Counted from the first letter of the stretch, positions 21,558-32,601 are shown. The stretch: 64,000 nt of DNA from Alphaproteobacteria bacterium (GCA_963555825.3 CAUVXB020000001.1:1376001-1440000); one strand, 5' to 3'. Notes: generated by a model from the letters alone, not told the origin. Made by a program: numbers and translations.

Positions 21558-22301
21558 GTGGAACTGTTCTTCGCAGATTATTTCCGAGAGCTTTACGATT
21601 CGACCGGCTGGAATTTCCCGTTTCTGTACGAGCAGTACGAATACGACCGGATTCTGGAAGGCATGTGGGTGTCGTGCAAGCTGATCGTCGCTTCCCTGAT
21701 CTTCAGTCTCGTGGTCGGCATCGTCGGCGCCTGGGCGCAGGGCGCCGAATCCAAGATCGTGCGCTACTCGATAGCGGGATACATCCAGTTCTTCCGCAAT
21801 ACGCCGCCATTCGTGCAGATCCTGTTCTTCTATTTCGTGCTCGGCAACCTGGTCCCCACTTACGACGCCGGCGGCTACCAGGAGGGCTATATCGACAGCT
21901 TCGGCTGGGCGGTGATCTCCCTGGGCTTCTTCGCCGGCGCTTTCAACACGGAGATCTTCCGCTCGGGCATCGAGGCGGTGCCGGAATCGACGGTCGAGGC
22001 CGCCGAGGCCTTGGGTTACACGCGGCTCCAGTCCTACCTCCACGTCGTCTTCCCGCTGGCGTTCCGGGTCTGCCTGCCGGCGCTCAACAACAACCTGGTC
22101 AATCTCCTGAAGACGACGACGCTCGCCTACGGCATCGCCGTGCCGGAAATGATGTACACGGCCAACCAGATCTGGTCGGACAACGTCAACGTGCCTGAGA
22201 TGATGATCGTTTTGTTCATCTTTTACGTCGGCCTGGTCGCGGTGCTCGTCTACGGCATGCACAAGTGGGAAAAGAAATTGAAGATCCCGGGGTACGGCTG
22301 A
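21558..22301 (+). CDS. amino-acid ABC transporter permease
   Basis: FRNTP motif and EAA loop (EAAEALG). Confidence 0.92.
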   Translation: MELFFADYFRELYDSTGWNFPFLYEQYEYDRILEGMWVSCKLIVASLIFSLVVGIVGAWAQGAESKIVRYSIAGYIQFFRNTPPFVQILFFYFVLGNLVPTYDAGGYQEGYIDSFGWAVISLGFFAGAFNTEIFRSGIEAVPESTVEAAEALGYTRLQSYLHVVFPLAFRVCLPALNNNLVNLLKTTTLAYGIAVPEMMYTANQIWSDNVNVPEMMIVLFIFYVGLVAVLVYGMHKWEKKLKIPGYG

Positions 22302-23236
22302 TGGATACGGGTAGAGTCATGCTCGACGGCGCGATATCCCGTACCGATGATGCGAAAGCAACGGATTTGCCGGTTCTGCTGCCGGTCGCCGAAAAGGTCC
22401 GGCGTTCGGCATTGATCGAGCGCCGCGAAGGCACCTATCGCCTCAACATGCAACCGCGCCACGCCGTCTGGGTGGTGGCGCTCTTCGTCGTCGCCTGCGG
22501 AACCGCCCAGGCCGCCACACCCGAGGGGTTGATCAGCCCCATGGCGGCGATCTTCAAATGGATGGGATTCATTCTGTGGGGACCCGAGGGTGGGTTTACC
22601 GGCTTCTCCCTCAACCTGATCATCAGCTTTTTCGCCATGGTGTTCGGCACTGTAGCAGGCGCCGCGTTGGGCCTGATGCAGATATCTCTGTTGCTGCCCG
22701 TGCGTCGGGGATCGTGGATCGTCACCCAGTTTTTCCGCAATTCGCCGTGGCTGGTGCTGCTGTTCACGATCATGTTGCTGTTCCCGTTCGAGATCGATCT
22801 CGGTTTCGTGGTCATCCCGGTGCCCGACTGGATGAAGGCGGTGATCGGCTTCTCGCTTCCGGTCATGGCCAATATATCCGAGGTCGTCCGCGGCGCCGTC
22901 CAATCGCTGCCGACCGGTCAGTGGGAATCGGCGGAGAGCTTGGCCTTCTCGCGCCGCCAGACGATGTGGATGATCATCCTGCCGCAATGCGTCAAGCGGA
23001 TGATCCCGCCGTGGATCAACTGGTACTGCATCCTGGCCATGGCGACGCCGATCAGTTCGATCATGGGCGTCGAGGAATCGGTGACCTACACCGCCCAGGC
23101 CTTGAACGCCGAGGGCGACCGGCCGGAGCTGATCCCCGTCTTCTATGCGTTCCTGCTCTTAATCCACTTCGTTTACACCTATCCGATCGCGCGCTGGTCG
23201 ATCCAGCTCGAGAAGAAATTCGTGATCAAGACGTGA
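22301..23236 (+). CDS. amino-acid ABC transporter permease
   Basis: FRNSPWL and EVVRGAVQSLPTGQWESAESLA motifs. TGATG coupling with the previous gene. Confidence 0.9.
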   Translation: MDTGRVMLDGAISRTDDAKATDLPVLLPVAEKVRRSALIERREGTYRLNMQPRHAVWVVALFVVACGTAQAATPEGLISPMAAIFKWMGFILWGPEGGFTGFSLNLIISFFAMVFGTVAGAALGLMQISLLLPVRRGSWIVTQFFRNSPWLVLLFTIMLLFPFEIDLGFVVIPVPDWMKAVIGFSLPVMANISEVVRGAVQSLPTGQWESAESLAFSRRQTMWMIILPQCVKRMIPPWINWYCILAMATPISSIMGVEESVTYTAQALNAEGDRPELIPVFYAFLLLIHFVYTYPIARWSIQLEKKFVIKT

Positions 23237-23249
23237 GGAGGCTTGGGAC

Positions 23250-24017
23250 ATGAGCGATGCCGCCACCGCCACCAACTGGACACCCGACCAGCCGATGGTC
23301 TCGATCAGGGAGGTGCATAAGTCGTTCGGCGATCTGGAGGTGCTGAAAGGCGTCTCGATGGACATCATGCAGGGCGAGTGCATTTGCATCATCGGCCCCT
23401 CGGGCTCCGGCAAATCGACCCTGATCCGCTGCGTCAACGCGCTGAACGACATCCAGAAGGGCTCGATCAAGGTCGAGGGCCAGGAGGTCAACGATCCCGA
23501 CCTCAACAAGCTGGAACTGCGCAAGAAGGTCGGCATGGTGTTCCAGCAGTACAACCTGTTCCCGCACAAGACGGCGATCGAGAACATCATGATGGCGCCG
23601 ATCCACGTGCTCAAGCAGGACAAGAAGTTGGTCGAGGAGCGGGCCCGCTCGCTGGTCAAGAAGGTCCGCCTCGAAGGCAAGGAGCAGAGCTATCCCGGCG
23701 AGCTCTCCGGCGGCCAGCAGCAGCGCGTCGCGATCGCCCGCTCGCTCGCCATGACGCCCGATGTCATGCTGTTCGACGAGGTCACCGCGGCGCTCGACCC
23801 GGAGACCGTCAAGGAGGTGCTGGTCACCATCCAGGACCTCGCTGAGGAGGGCATGACCTGCATCCTGGTGACCCACGAGATGGGCTTCGCGCGCGAGATC
23901 GCCAACCACGTCTACTTCACCGACCGCGGCGTCATCGTCGAGCACGGCCCGCCGGCGACCTTCTTCGACGAGGCCAAGGACCCGCGCACCAAGGAGTTCC
24001 TCAGCCAGATTCTCTAA
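23250..24017 (+). CDS. amino-acid ABC transporter ATP-binding protein
   Basis: GPSGSGKST, LSGGQQQR and LFDEVT motifs. Confidence 0.95.
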   Translation: MSDAATATNWTPDQPMVSIREVHKSFGDLEVLKGVSMDIMQGECICIIGPSGSGKSTLIRCVNALNDIQKGSIKVEGQEVNDPDLNKLELRKKVGMVFQQYNLFPHKTAIENIMMAPIHVLKQDKKLVEERARSLVKKVRLEGKEQSYPGELSGGQQQRVAIARSLAMTPDVMLFDEVTAALDPETVKEVLVTIQDLAEEGMTCILVTHEMGFAREIANHVYFTDRGVIVEHGPPATFFDEAKDPRTKEFLSQIL

Positions 24018-24100
24018 TCGCAAAATCGAGATCACGGCGCGTGACAGCGGCGTTTCGGCGCGCTATCAGCGGCGCTGGTTTCGTGTGAAGGGTGGGGACG

Positions 24101-25288
24101 ATGACAGAATCCTACGATGCGATCGTGATCGGCGGCGGTGTGGTCGGCGCGGCGACGGCGTTCAATCTGAAGAAGCTGGGCTGCGATCGGGTCATGCTGA
24201 TGGAGCGTGACCAGACGTGTTCGGGCGGCACGGCGAAGTCCTGCGCCATCGTGCGCACGCACTACTCGATCCCGACCAACACCCAGCTCGCCGTGCAGAG
24301 CCTCGGCATCCTCGCGAACTTCAAGGAAGCGCTCGGCCACGACGAGGCCGATTGCAACTGGATCAATTCGGGCTACCTGATCCTGGCGCCCGAGGGGCCG
24401 ACCGCCGACAGCCTGACCGCCAACCTCGCCATGCAGACGGACCACGGCGCCGAGACGCGGCCGATCAGCCGCGCCGACGCGCTGGAACTGCATCCGCTGC
24501 TCAACCTCGACGACATCGCCGCGATCGGCTACGAGCCCTTGTCGGGCTATGCCGATCCGAGCCGGACGACGTACTCCTACGTGCGCGCCGCGCTCGACCT
24601 CGGCGTCGAGCTGAAACGCTTCCGCGCGGCGCTCGGCCTGATGCGCGACGGCGACAAGGTCGTCGGCGTCGAGACCTATGCCGAGGACTTCCCGGCCGGC
24701 AAGGTGATCTGCGCCATGGGGCCGTGGTCGGGCCGGCTCGCCGAATGGACCGGCCTCGACATCCCGCTCGAAATCTCGCGCCACACCGTGCTGACCTTCA
24801 TCGGCGACGAGCGCTACGACCCCGAGACGCCGATCGTCAAGGACCTGACGACCGGGAACAAGATGTACTTTCGCCCGACCACGGGCGGCGCCGTGCTGGT
24901 CGGCACCGGCGACCATGGCGAGCCGATCGAGACGCTCGACGAGGTCGACACGGCGGTCGCGATGGATTTCGTCGCCCATCAGGGCGGCCAGATCAACCAT
25001 CGCATGTCGGGTTTCGCCGATTGCCATCTCGGTGCCACCTGGCACGGGCCCTACGACATCACGCCCGATTGGAACCCGGTGCTCGGCGCGGTGCCCGAGC
25101 GCGACGGACTGATCATCGCCTACGGCTTCTCGGGCCACGGCTTCAAACTCGCGCCGGCGCTCGGCAAGGTGCTGGCGCAGACCGCGTTGGGCCAGGAGAC
25201 CGACGTCGACATCACGCCCTATGCCTTGAGCCGCTTCGCCGACGGCGCGTTGTTGACCGGCGCCTACGGCATCGGCTCGATCTCCTAA
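24101..25288 (+). CDS. FAD-dependent oxidoreductase (DadA/sarcosine oxidase beta-like)
   Basis: IGGGVVG, YDITPDWNP and GFSGHGFKLAP motifs. Confidence 0.9.
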   Translation: MTESYDAIVIGGGVVGAATAFNLKKLGCDRVMLMERDQTCSGGTAKSCAIVRTHYSIPTNTQLAVQSLGILANFKEALGHDEADCNWINSGYLILAPEGPTADSLTANLAMQTDHGAETRPISRADALELHPLLNLDDIAAIGYEPLSGYADPSRTTYSYVRAALDLGVELKRFRAALGLMRDGDKVVGVETYAEDFPAGKVICAMGPWSGRLAEWTGLDIPLEISRHTVLTFIGDERYDPETPIVKDLTTGNKMYFRPTTGGAVLVGTGDHGEPIETLDEVDTAVAMDFVAHQGGQINHRMSGFADCHLGATWHGPYDITPDWNPVLGAVPERDGLIIAYGFSGHGFKLAPALGKVLAQTALGQETDVDITPYALSRFADGALLTGAYGIGSIS

Positions 25289-25321
25289 GGCCGGTATCGA
25301 CGGCAAGAGGATTGCGCAGGC

Positions 25322-25504
25322 TCAGGCGCCCGCGCCCCTGCGCCGGGTCCACCACCAGTTCACGCCATAGACCAGCAACGCGCCCAGGGCCGCCGTAAGC
25401 CAGGTCAGCGTCAGCAGATTGACGACGACGCCGAACAACGGCCAGTCCCATGTCTCGGGCGGAATGACGACGGCGTAGAGCCGCTCGCCCGAGTAAATGC
25501 CGAT
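25322..25504 (-). pseudogene. 3' remnant of a membrane-protein gene truncated by IS21
   Basis: Hydrophobic frame IGIYSGERLYAVVIPPETWDWPLFGVVVNLLTL...WWWTRRRGAGA* begins exactly at the IS21 left end. Confidence 0.6.
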
Positions 25505-25622
25505 TGAGAACGGCAGAGCAATAATCCCCCACTGAAGCGGCCGGTCGATCCGGCTGCGGCGGACCAAAATGGGACCGCGTATAGCCTTCTGTCAGGGTTG
25601 CTCTGACTGGAAGGCGGGGGGG

Positions 25623-27122
25623 ATGTATCGGGTGGAGTTGTACGCACGGGTTCGGCGGGCGTGTCATGTCGAGGGGATGAGCACCCGCGAGGCCTCGCGG
25701 GTGTTTGGTGTAGACCGCAAGACGGTCCGTAAGATGCTGTCGTTCTCGGTGCCGCCAGGGTATCGCCGAAGCGCGCCGCCGAGGCGGCCAAAGCTGGGTC
25801 CGTTCACGGGAATCATCGATCGGATCTTGGAAGACGATCGGACCAGCCACCGCAAGCAACGGCACACTGCGAAGCGCATCTTCGACCGCCTCCGGGACGA
25901 GTACGGTTTCACGGGCGGCTACACCATCGTGAAGGACTACGTTCGTGAGCAGGGGCTTCGGTCGCGTGAGGTGTTCGTGCCACTCTCCCATTCCCCCGGT
26001 CACGCCCAGGCGGACTTCGGCGAAGCGATGGCGGTGATCGGCGGCGCGTTACGGAAGATCCACTTCCTTGCCTTCGACCTTCCCCACAGTGATGGTTGCT
26101 TTGTTGCGGCCTATCCGGCGGAGACGACCGAAGCATTCTGCGATGGCCACAACGCGGCGTTTGCCTTCTTCGGCGGCGTCCCCCGATCCATCCTGTACGA
26201 CAACACCAAGCTGGCGGTTGCCCGGATCCTGGGCGATGGGAAGCGGCAGCGAACGCGCGTCTTCACGGAGCTTCAGTCCCACTATCTGTTCGAGGACAGG
26301 TTCGGCCGGCCGGGCAAGGGCAACGACAAGGGCAAGGTCGAGGGACTGGTCGGCTTCATCCGGCGGAACTTCCTGGTCCCCGTCCCGCGTGCCGAGAGCT
26401 TCGCGGCCCTCAACGATGCTCTCGCCGAACAGTGCCGCCGGCGCCAGGCGGCGCGGCTGCGGGGCCACAAGGAGACCATCGGCGAGCGTCTCGAGCGGGA
26501 TCGTCAAGTTCTCTTGCCATTGCCGCCTGCTCCCTATGATGCCTGCGATAAGCGCCCTGGACGGGCGAGTTCGCTGTCGCTGGTGCGTTACCGCAGCAAC
26601 GACTATTCCGTGCCCGTGGCCTACGGCCACCGTGAGGTGCTCATCCGGGGCTACGTCGATGAGGTGGTGATCAGCTGCGGGGCCGAGGTGATCGCCCGGC
26701 ACCGCCGGTCCTACGACAGCGAGGACCTGATCTTCGACCCGCTGCATTACCTGCCCTTGATCGAGCAGAAGATCGGCGCCCTCGACCAGGCCGCGCCATT
26801 GGCGGGCTGGGACCTGCCCGAGGCCTTCATCACTCTGCGGCGGCTCCTCGAAGCTCGTATGGGCAAGGCAGGCAAGCGCGAGTACGTCCAGGTGCTCCGT
26901 CTACTGGAGACCTTCCGGCTCGAGGAGGTCGAGGGTGCGGTCGGCGACGCCCTGCGGCTCGGCGCAATCGGCTTTGATGCGGTGAAGCACCTGGTACTGT
27001 GCCGCATCGAGCGGCGGCCGCCCAGGCTCAACCTCGACGTCTATCCGTATCTGCCGCGCGCCCGGGTCGCGATGACGTCCGCCAAGTCGTACATGAGCCT
27101 GCTGTCGGGGCTCGGCGCATGA
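25623..27122 (+). CDS. istA: IS21 transposase IstA
   Basis: PGHAQADFG, ILYDNTK and GNDKGKVEG motifs. Confidence 0.93.
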   Translation: MYRVELYARVRRACHVEGMSTREASRVFGVDRKTVRKMLSFSVPPGYRRSAPPRRPKLGPFTGIIDRILEDDRTSHRKQRHTAKRIFDRLRDEYGFTGGYTIVKDYVREQGLRSREVFVPLSHSPGHAQADFGEAMAVIGGALRKIHFLAFDLPHSDGCFVAAYPAETTEAFCDGHNAAFAFFGGVPRSILYDNTKLAVARILGDGKRQRTRVFTELQSHYLFEDRFGRPGKGNDKGKVEGLVGFIRRNFLVPVPRAESFAALNDALAEQCRRRQAARLRGHKETIGERLERDRQVLLPLPPAPYDACDKRPGRASSLSLVRYRSNDYSVPVAYGHREVLIRGYVDEVVISCGAEVIARHRRSYDSEDLIFDPLHYLPLIEQKIGALDQAAPLAGWDLPEAFITLRRLLEARMGKAGKREYVQVLRLLETFRLEEVEGAVGDALRLGAIGFDAVKHLVLCRIERRPPRLNLDVYPYLPRARVAMTSAKSYMSLLSGLGA

Positions 27123-27883
27123 CCGACACACCGCAAGTGCTGCTCGCCCACCACCTCAAGACGCTGAAGCTGCCGACCTTCCTGCGCGAGTACGACAAGA
27201 TCGCCCGGCAGTGCGCCTCGGAAGGCGTCGATCACGTCCGCTACCTGTTGAGACTCGCCGAGCTCGAGCTGATCGACCGCGAGCGCCGCATGGTCGAGCG
27301 GCGCATCAAGGCGGCGCGCTTCCCCGTGGTCAAGAGCCTCGACAGCTTCGACTTCAAGGTCATCCCCTCGCTCAACAAGGCGCTGGTCCTGGAGCTGGCC
27401 CGCTGCGAGTACATCGAGCGCCGCGAGAACCTCATCGCGCTCGGCAACAGTGGGACCGGCAAGACCCACATCGCCCTCGGTCTCGGCCTGGCGGCCTGCC
27501 AGAAGGGCCTCTCGGTCGGCTTCATCACCGCCGCCGCGCTGGTCCACGAACTCATCGAGGCCCGCGATGACAAGCAGCTGCTGAGGTTCCAGAAGAAGCT
27601 CGCCACCTACAAGCTTCTGATCGTCGACGAACTCGGCTTCGTGCCGCTGTCGAAGACCGGCGCCGAGCTGTTGTTCGAGGTGTTCAGCCAACGCTACGAG
27701 CGGGGCTCGACCCTGGTCACCACCAATCTGCCCTTCGACGAATGGACCGAGGTGTTCGGCTCCGAGCGCCTCACCGGCGCGCTCCTCGATCGCCTCACCC
27801 ACCACGTCAACATCCTCGAGATGAACGGTGACAGCTACAGGCTCAACCAGAGCCGCAGGCGTCAAACCCCGACTGCTAACTGA
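27119..27883 (+). CDS. istB: IS21 helper ATPase IstB
   Basis: GNSGTGKTH, LIVDELG and ALLDRLTHH motifs. Confidence 0.95.
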   Translation: MTDTPQVLLAHHLKTLKLPTFLREYDKIARQCASEGVDHVRYLLRLAELELIDRERRMVERRIKAARFPVVKSLDSFDFKVIPSLNKALVLELARCEYIERRENLIALGNSGTGKTHIALGLGLAACQKGLSVGFITAAALVHELIEARDDKQLLRFQKKLATYKLLIVDELGFVPLSKTGAELLFEVFSQRYERGSTLVTTNLPFDEWTEVFGSERLTGALLDRLTHHVNILEMNGDSYRLNQSRRRQTPTAN

Positions 27884-28074
27884 ACCGACCACCCAGCCCA
27901 CGCTTGACCCCGTGGGCCCACAGGTCCCTCCCGCGCGCGCCGCCGCGTCAGCCTGTTGAGGGCACGCCGCGTCGCGCGCGGGGCCCTCCCGTGGACTACG
28001 GGGACAAGCCCGCAGCCGCCAAGCGGTCCCTTCTTACACCGCCGAGGTGGTCCCTTTTTGCTCCGCCATTGACA

Positions 28075-29490
28075 CTTCGTCCATCGATCTTTCCGGCCTG
28101 CCTCCTCGGGTCGTCGAGGCGGCCGCCCGGGTGCTCGCACTGTGTCGCGAGGAGCTTCGTTCCGAGCCGCGCCCCGAGGCGCCCGAGGAGGTCGAGTTGC
28201 GGGTGCGTGAGGCCACGAACGAGTTCGCTCGCGATGTCATGGGCGCCGTCATCGAGAACCGGGACGATGGCGCTTCCCGGATCGAGCGGGACGGGCAGAG
28301 CTGGTTCCGGGTCGCGGTGACGCCGAAGACGATCATGACCTCGCTCGGTCCGGTGACCTACCGGCGAGCGCGTTACCGCAGCGGCGCGAGCGGGGCATCG
28401 CCGGTGCCGGTCGACGAGAGCCTGGGCCTCGTCGACGATTACCTGACGCGGCCGGCGGCCGAGCTCGGTCTGCTGATGATGGGTCACTGCACGGCCCGGG
28501 AAGCGGCGGCGTTCTTTGCGAAGACCGGCGCCATGACGCCGTCGGTGAGCACCCTGCAGCGCCTGACCCTGAGCATGCACGAATGCTGGGAGAGCCTCGG
28601 CCCGGAGACGCTGGGCAGCATCCGTGAGGCCGAGGGCATACCGCAGGACGCGACCACCGCCTCGGTCTCCCTCGACGGCGTCATGGTGCCGCTGAGACCC
28701 GGCGAGGACGGTCGCGCCAAGGCCTCCTGGCGCGAGGCTGCCTGCGGCACGGTCTCCTTCCACGACGCCGAGGGCAAGCGCCTGAAGACCCTCTATCTCG
28801 GCCGCATGCCGGAGAGCGGCAAGCTCACGCTGAAGGCGCAGCTTGCAAGCGAAGTCGCACACATCAGGCGAGCACGCCCCGAGATCGGGATCGTCGCTAT
28901 CGCCGATGGCGCCGCCGACAACTGGACCTTCCTGGAGACCCTGTCGCCCGAAACCGAGGTGATCGACTTCTGGCATGCTTGCGAACATCTGCAAACCGCG
29001 TCCGACCATGCCGTGGCGCCCGGCTGGTTCGAGAAGTACCGCGAGATCCTCCGTCACGATCCCCGTGGCGTCGCCAAGGTGATCCGGGCGCTGCGCCACC
29101 TTCGCGATGCCGCCGCTGCGCCGGACCGGGCCGAGACCGAGCGGGAACTCGCCTTCTTCCGCAAGCATCGCCATCGCATGCGCTACCACGCCCTGAAGGA
29201 AGAGGGCATCGCCATCGGCTCAGGCGTGGTCGAAGCTGCCAACAAGACCCTGGTGACACAGCGCATGAAGCGCTCCGGCATGCGCTGGCGGATCGTCGGC
29301 GGACAGGCTGTTCTGACCTTCCGCGCCCTGATCAAATCCGGCCGCTTCGAGCGGGCATGGAAGGCCCTGATCAGCGCAACCGACACACCGGCCAACGACA
29401 ACATCAGTCCACGTGCAGCAGCCATGGCAATCGCTGCCTGAACTCAACGAACCAAGCCGCAGACATCACTGCCATGCGAGACTCGCACCC
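28075..29490 (+). mobile_element. ISKra4/ISLre2-like element, 5'-truncated copy
   Basis: Matches 41630-43045. The left end and transposase start are replaced by IS21. Confidence 0.88.
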
Positions 29491-29747
29491 CGCTGGACAC
29501 CCTCAAGATCGACCGCGCCTTCGTCAGCAACATGGACAAGTCCGAAAACAGCCGACGGATCGTCACCAGCGTCGCTCATCTCGCGCTCGCCCTGGAGATG
29601 GACATCGTCGCCGAAGGCATCGAGGAAAAAGCACAGTTGGAGGCCCTGCGGGACATGGGCTGCCAGTACGGCCAGGGGTACTACATGGCGAAACCAACGA
29701 CCGCCGACAACATCGTTGAATTGATAGACAGCCGGCCGGTTTGGTAG
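29491..29747 (+). pseudogene. EAL-domain (c-di-GMP phosphodiesterase) C-terminal remnant
   Basis: LDTLKIDRAFV...IVAEGIE...GCQYGQGYYMAKP starts at the IS right end. Confidence 0.85.
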
Positions 29748-29931
29748 CGACCATGTCCGCGCATGGCTGCTAGCGCAGAATCCGACCGATTCGAATCGAT
29801 CGGCCTATGCGTAGGGCACGTACTCAGGCGGCCTTCGACCCGTCGACTGACCGCCGCCGTCCGCGCCGCCTCTTCTCGAAAACGAATGGCCGCCCGGTCT
29901 CCCGGACGGCCATTCAAGGTTCACCGCTTCG

Positions 29932-31503
29932 TCAGATCGCGCCGGCGGTCATTTGCCGGGCGATGTAGTCGGCTTGGCGGATCGCCAGCGACACGATGGT
30001 CAGCGTCGGGTTTTCCGCGCCGCCAGTGGTGAACTGGCTGCCGTCCGAGATGAACAGGTTGGCGATGTCGTGCGCCTGGCCATTCTTGTTGACGACGCCG
30101 TCGGACGCCTTCGCCGACATCCGGTTGGTGCCGAGATTGTGGGTCGACGGATAGGGCGGGGTCGGCAGGGTGCGCACCGCGCCGACCGCATCGTAGACCG
30201 CCGAGCCCTGCCGGTAGGCATGGTTACGCATGGCGGTGTCGTTCGGGTGGTCGGTGAAGTGCACGTTCGGCGCGGGCATGCCGTACTGGTCTTTCACCTC
30301 GGCATTCAGCGTGATGCGATTGGTCTCCTGCGGCATGTCCTCGCCCACCAGCCACATCCCGGCCATGTTCTCGTAGCCGTCCATGGCGGAGGCGAACTCG
30401 CGGCCCCAGGAGCCGGGATTGAGGAACGCGGCCATGAACGGCAGGCCGATCGACAACGTCTCCATCTCGTAGCCGCCGACGAAGCCCCGGTTCGGGTCGT
30501 TGCCCGATTCGTCCGTGATGATCCCGGCCATCGTGGTGCCGCGCCACATACGCACCGGCTGGTCGAAGATCGCATAGACCGATCCCGTCATGTGCCGCAT
30601 GTAGTTCTTGCCGACCTGGCCCGAGCTGTTTGCCAGCCCGTCCGGGAACATCGACGAAGCCGAGTTCAACAATAGCCGCGGGCTCTCGATCGAGTTCCCC
30701 GCCACGCAGACCGCCCGCGCCGCCTGGCGCTGGTGGTTGCCGTCCTTGTCGGCATAGACCACGCCCGAGACCTTGCCGCTGGCGTCGTGCTCGATGGTCA
30801 GCACATGGGCGTGCTCGCGCACCTCCAGCTTGCCGGTCGCCTCGCCCGCCGGGATTTCGATATAGGCGGTCGACCATTTGGCGCCGAACTTGCAGCCCTG
30901 GAAGCAGAAGCCGACCTGCTGACAGGCAGGCCGACCGTGGCGCGGCTGACTGTTGATCGACATCCGGCCGGTGTGACAGTTCTTGTAGCCGAGCGCGTCG
31001 GCGCCCGCCTTCATTACCTTGAAGTTGGTATTGCCGGGCAGGCCAGGGATGCCGTTGGTCCGGGTCGTGCCCATCTTGTCCTCGGCCTTGGCGTACCAGG
31101 GTTCCATCTCGGCCAGCGTGATTGGCCAGTCGAGCAGATTTGCGCCGGCGACGTCGCCATATTCGGTGCGCACCCGGAACTCGTACTCCTGGAATCGCAG
31201 GCTGGCGCCGGCCCAGTGCACGGTCGAGCCGCCGACCGCCTTGACGATCCAGGCGGGCAGCCCGGCGAAATCGCGACTGACCCGCCAGTCGCCGCTGGTC
31301 GTGCGGGCGTCGAGCCAGGCGAGCTGGCCGAAGCTCGGCCATTCGTCGTTGATGTAGTCATCGGGCAGATAGCGGCCGCCTGCTTCCAGCGCCACCACGT
31401 CGATGCCCTTCTGGGCCAGTTCATTGGCCATCGTGCCGCCGCCGGCGCCGGTGCCGATAACCACTACGACGCCGCCGTCGTTCAGATCATAAGGTGCAGC
31501 CAT
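29932..31503 (-). CDS. GMC-family oxidoreductase
   Basis: IGTGAGGG, VGGSTVHW, HNLGT and ENPTLTI motifs. Confidence 0.92.
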   Translation of the reverse strand: MAAPYDLNDGGVVVVIGTGAGGGTMANELAQKGIDVVALEAGGRYLPDDYINDEWPSFGQLAWLDARTTSGDWRVSRDFAGLPAWIVKAVGGSTVHWAGASLRFQEYEFRVRTEYGDVAGANLLDWPITLAEMEPWYAKAEDKMGTTRTNGIPGLPGNTNFKVMKAGADALGYKNCHTGRMSINSQPRHGRPACQQVGFCFQGCKFGAKWSTAYIEIPAGEATGKLEVREHAHVLTIEHDASGKVSGVVYADKDGNHQRQAARAVCVAGNSIESPRLLLNSASSMFPDGLANSSGQVGKNYMRHMTGSVYAIFDQPVRMWRGTTMAGIITDESGNDPNRGFVGGYEMETLSIGLPFMAAFLNPGSWGREFASAMDGYENMAGMWLVGEDMPQETNRITLNAEVKDQYGMPAPNVHFTDHPNDTAMRNHAYRQGSAVYDAVGAVRTLPTPPYPSTHNLGTNRMSAKASDGVVNKNGQAHDIANLFISDGSQFTTGGAENPTLTIVSLAIRQADYIARQMTAGAI

Positions 31504-31523
31504 GTCTCGATCCTCCCCTTCTC

Positions 31524-32063
31524 TCACAGCCACGCGATGTCGTCGAAACCACGATCGATGTAGCCGCCCTTCGAGAACGACTCACCCTCGTAGCCGAAGA
31601 CCGGCCAAATCTCTTTCTGGTTATAGAGGCCGACGACCAGCCCACCGCGGATCGCCTGGAAGAAACCGCCCGACTCGATTTGGCGCAACAGCGCCACCCG
31701 CTCGATCTCCCAGCCGACGCCCAGATAGGAGGGTGCCCCGGCAGCTTGCGCCCGGCTATCGAGATCGGCGATGCCGTCCTCGATCAGCGCCTTGTGGCCG
31801 GCATCCTCGGCCGCCTTATCGTCATGGCCCTTGACCGCGATGGCATAGATTTTGTCGGCGATCCGGTCGTGCGGATAGATATCGCGCGCCATCTGGATCA
31901 GTGTCGCCATGGTCTCGGGCGACAGCGCCTTCAACTCCACGGCCCAGGCGTCGGTCGCATGGGCCAGGAAGCCTGCCCCCGCAACGAAGGCCGCGCCCAG
32001 CGCCGTTCCCCGCTTCAGGATCTCGCGCCGGGTCATCCCGCGCGGGTTCGGTAGTGGTGTCAT
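31524..32063 (-). CDS. Tat-exported gluconate-2-dehydrogenase subunit 3-like protein
   Basis: TRREILK twin-arginine signal and WPVFGYEG motif. Lies upstream of the GMC gene. Confidence 0.8.
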   Translation of the reverse strand: MTPLPNPRGMTRREILKRGTALGAAFVAGAGFLAHATDAWAVELKALSPETMATLIQMARDIYPHDRIADKIYAIAVKGHDDKAAEDAGHKALIEDGIADLDSRAQAAGAPSYLGVGWEIERVALLRQIESGGFFQAIRGGLVVGLYNQKEIWPVFGYEGESFSKGGYIDRGFDDIAWL

Positions 32064-32132
32064 CTCTCTCCTCCCTCTGTTCCCGGACAGGGCCCGGAAT
32101 TGCGATCCGCGCACCCGGATGGGCGCGCGTCG

Positions 32133-32528
32133 TCATTGGTATCGGCCATGCTTCTGCAGGACCTCGATTTCGTAGCCATCCGGGTCCTGGACGAAAAAGA
32201 ACCGCGCCATCAGAGCGCCGCCGCGGTTGAACTCGACGATTTTTCGAGGTTCCAACCCCGACTCATCGAAGCGCGAATGCTCGACGTCGAGGTCGTCGAC
32301 CGCGAAGGCGATATGGCCGTAGCCATTACCCGGATCATAGGGCTCGGTCGCACCCTTGTTGACGGTCAATTCGAGCTCGAAATCGGCCTCTGCGTTACGC
32401 AGATAGACCAGTGTAAAGCTGTCGAAATCGTACCGGTCGGCGACCTCGAGCCGGAAGGCGGCCTTATAAAATTCGACCGAGCGTGCCTCGTCGAGCACGC
32501 GAATCATCGAGTGGATGGCCTTTGCCAT
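32133..32528 (-). CDS. VOC/glyoxalase I-like protein
   Basis: HSMIRV, GYGHIAF and DPDGYEIE motifs. Confidence 0.88.
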   Translation of the reverse strand: MAKAIHSMIRVLDEARSVEFYKAAFRLEVADRYDFDSFTLVYLRNAEADFELELTVNKGATEPYDPGNGYGHIAFAVDDLDVEHSRFDESGLEPRKIVEFNRGGALMARFFFVQDPDGYEIEVLQKHGRYQ

Positions 32529-32601
32529 AATAGTCTTCGCTCACATATCCAACCGGGGAAAGTTTACGCCCCTCGGCCGGGCTGCGGGTGGTAGCGGACT
32601 A

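Larger units (their letters stand above)
25505..28074 (+). mobile_element. IS21-family insertion sequence (no TSD)
   Basis: Ends TGAGAACGGCAGAGCAA / TGTCAATGGCGGAGCAA (reverse complement), carries istA-istB. Flanks GCCGAT and CTTCGT do not match. Confidence 0.9.

Noticed and set aside
27900-28010. Long imperfect hairpin after istB
   Set aside because: Internal to the IS21 right end and lacks the core motif of elements A-C.
28047-29441. Apparently full-length 464-aa transposase
   Set aside because: Its start lies inside the IS21 terminal repeat. The native RBS, start and left end are missing.
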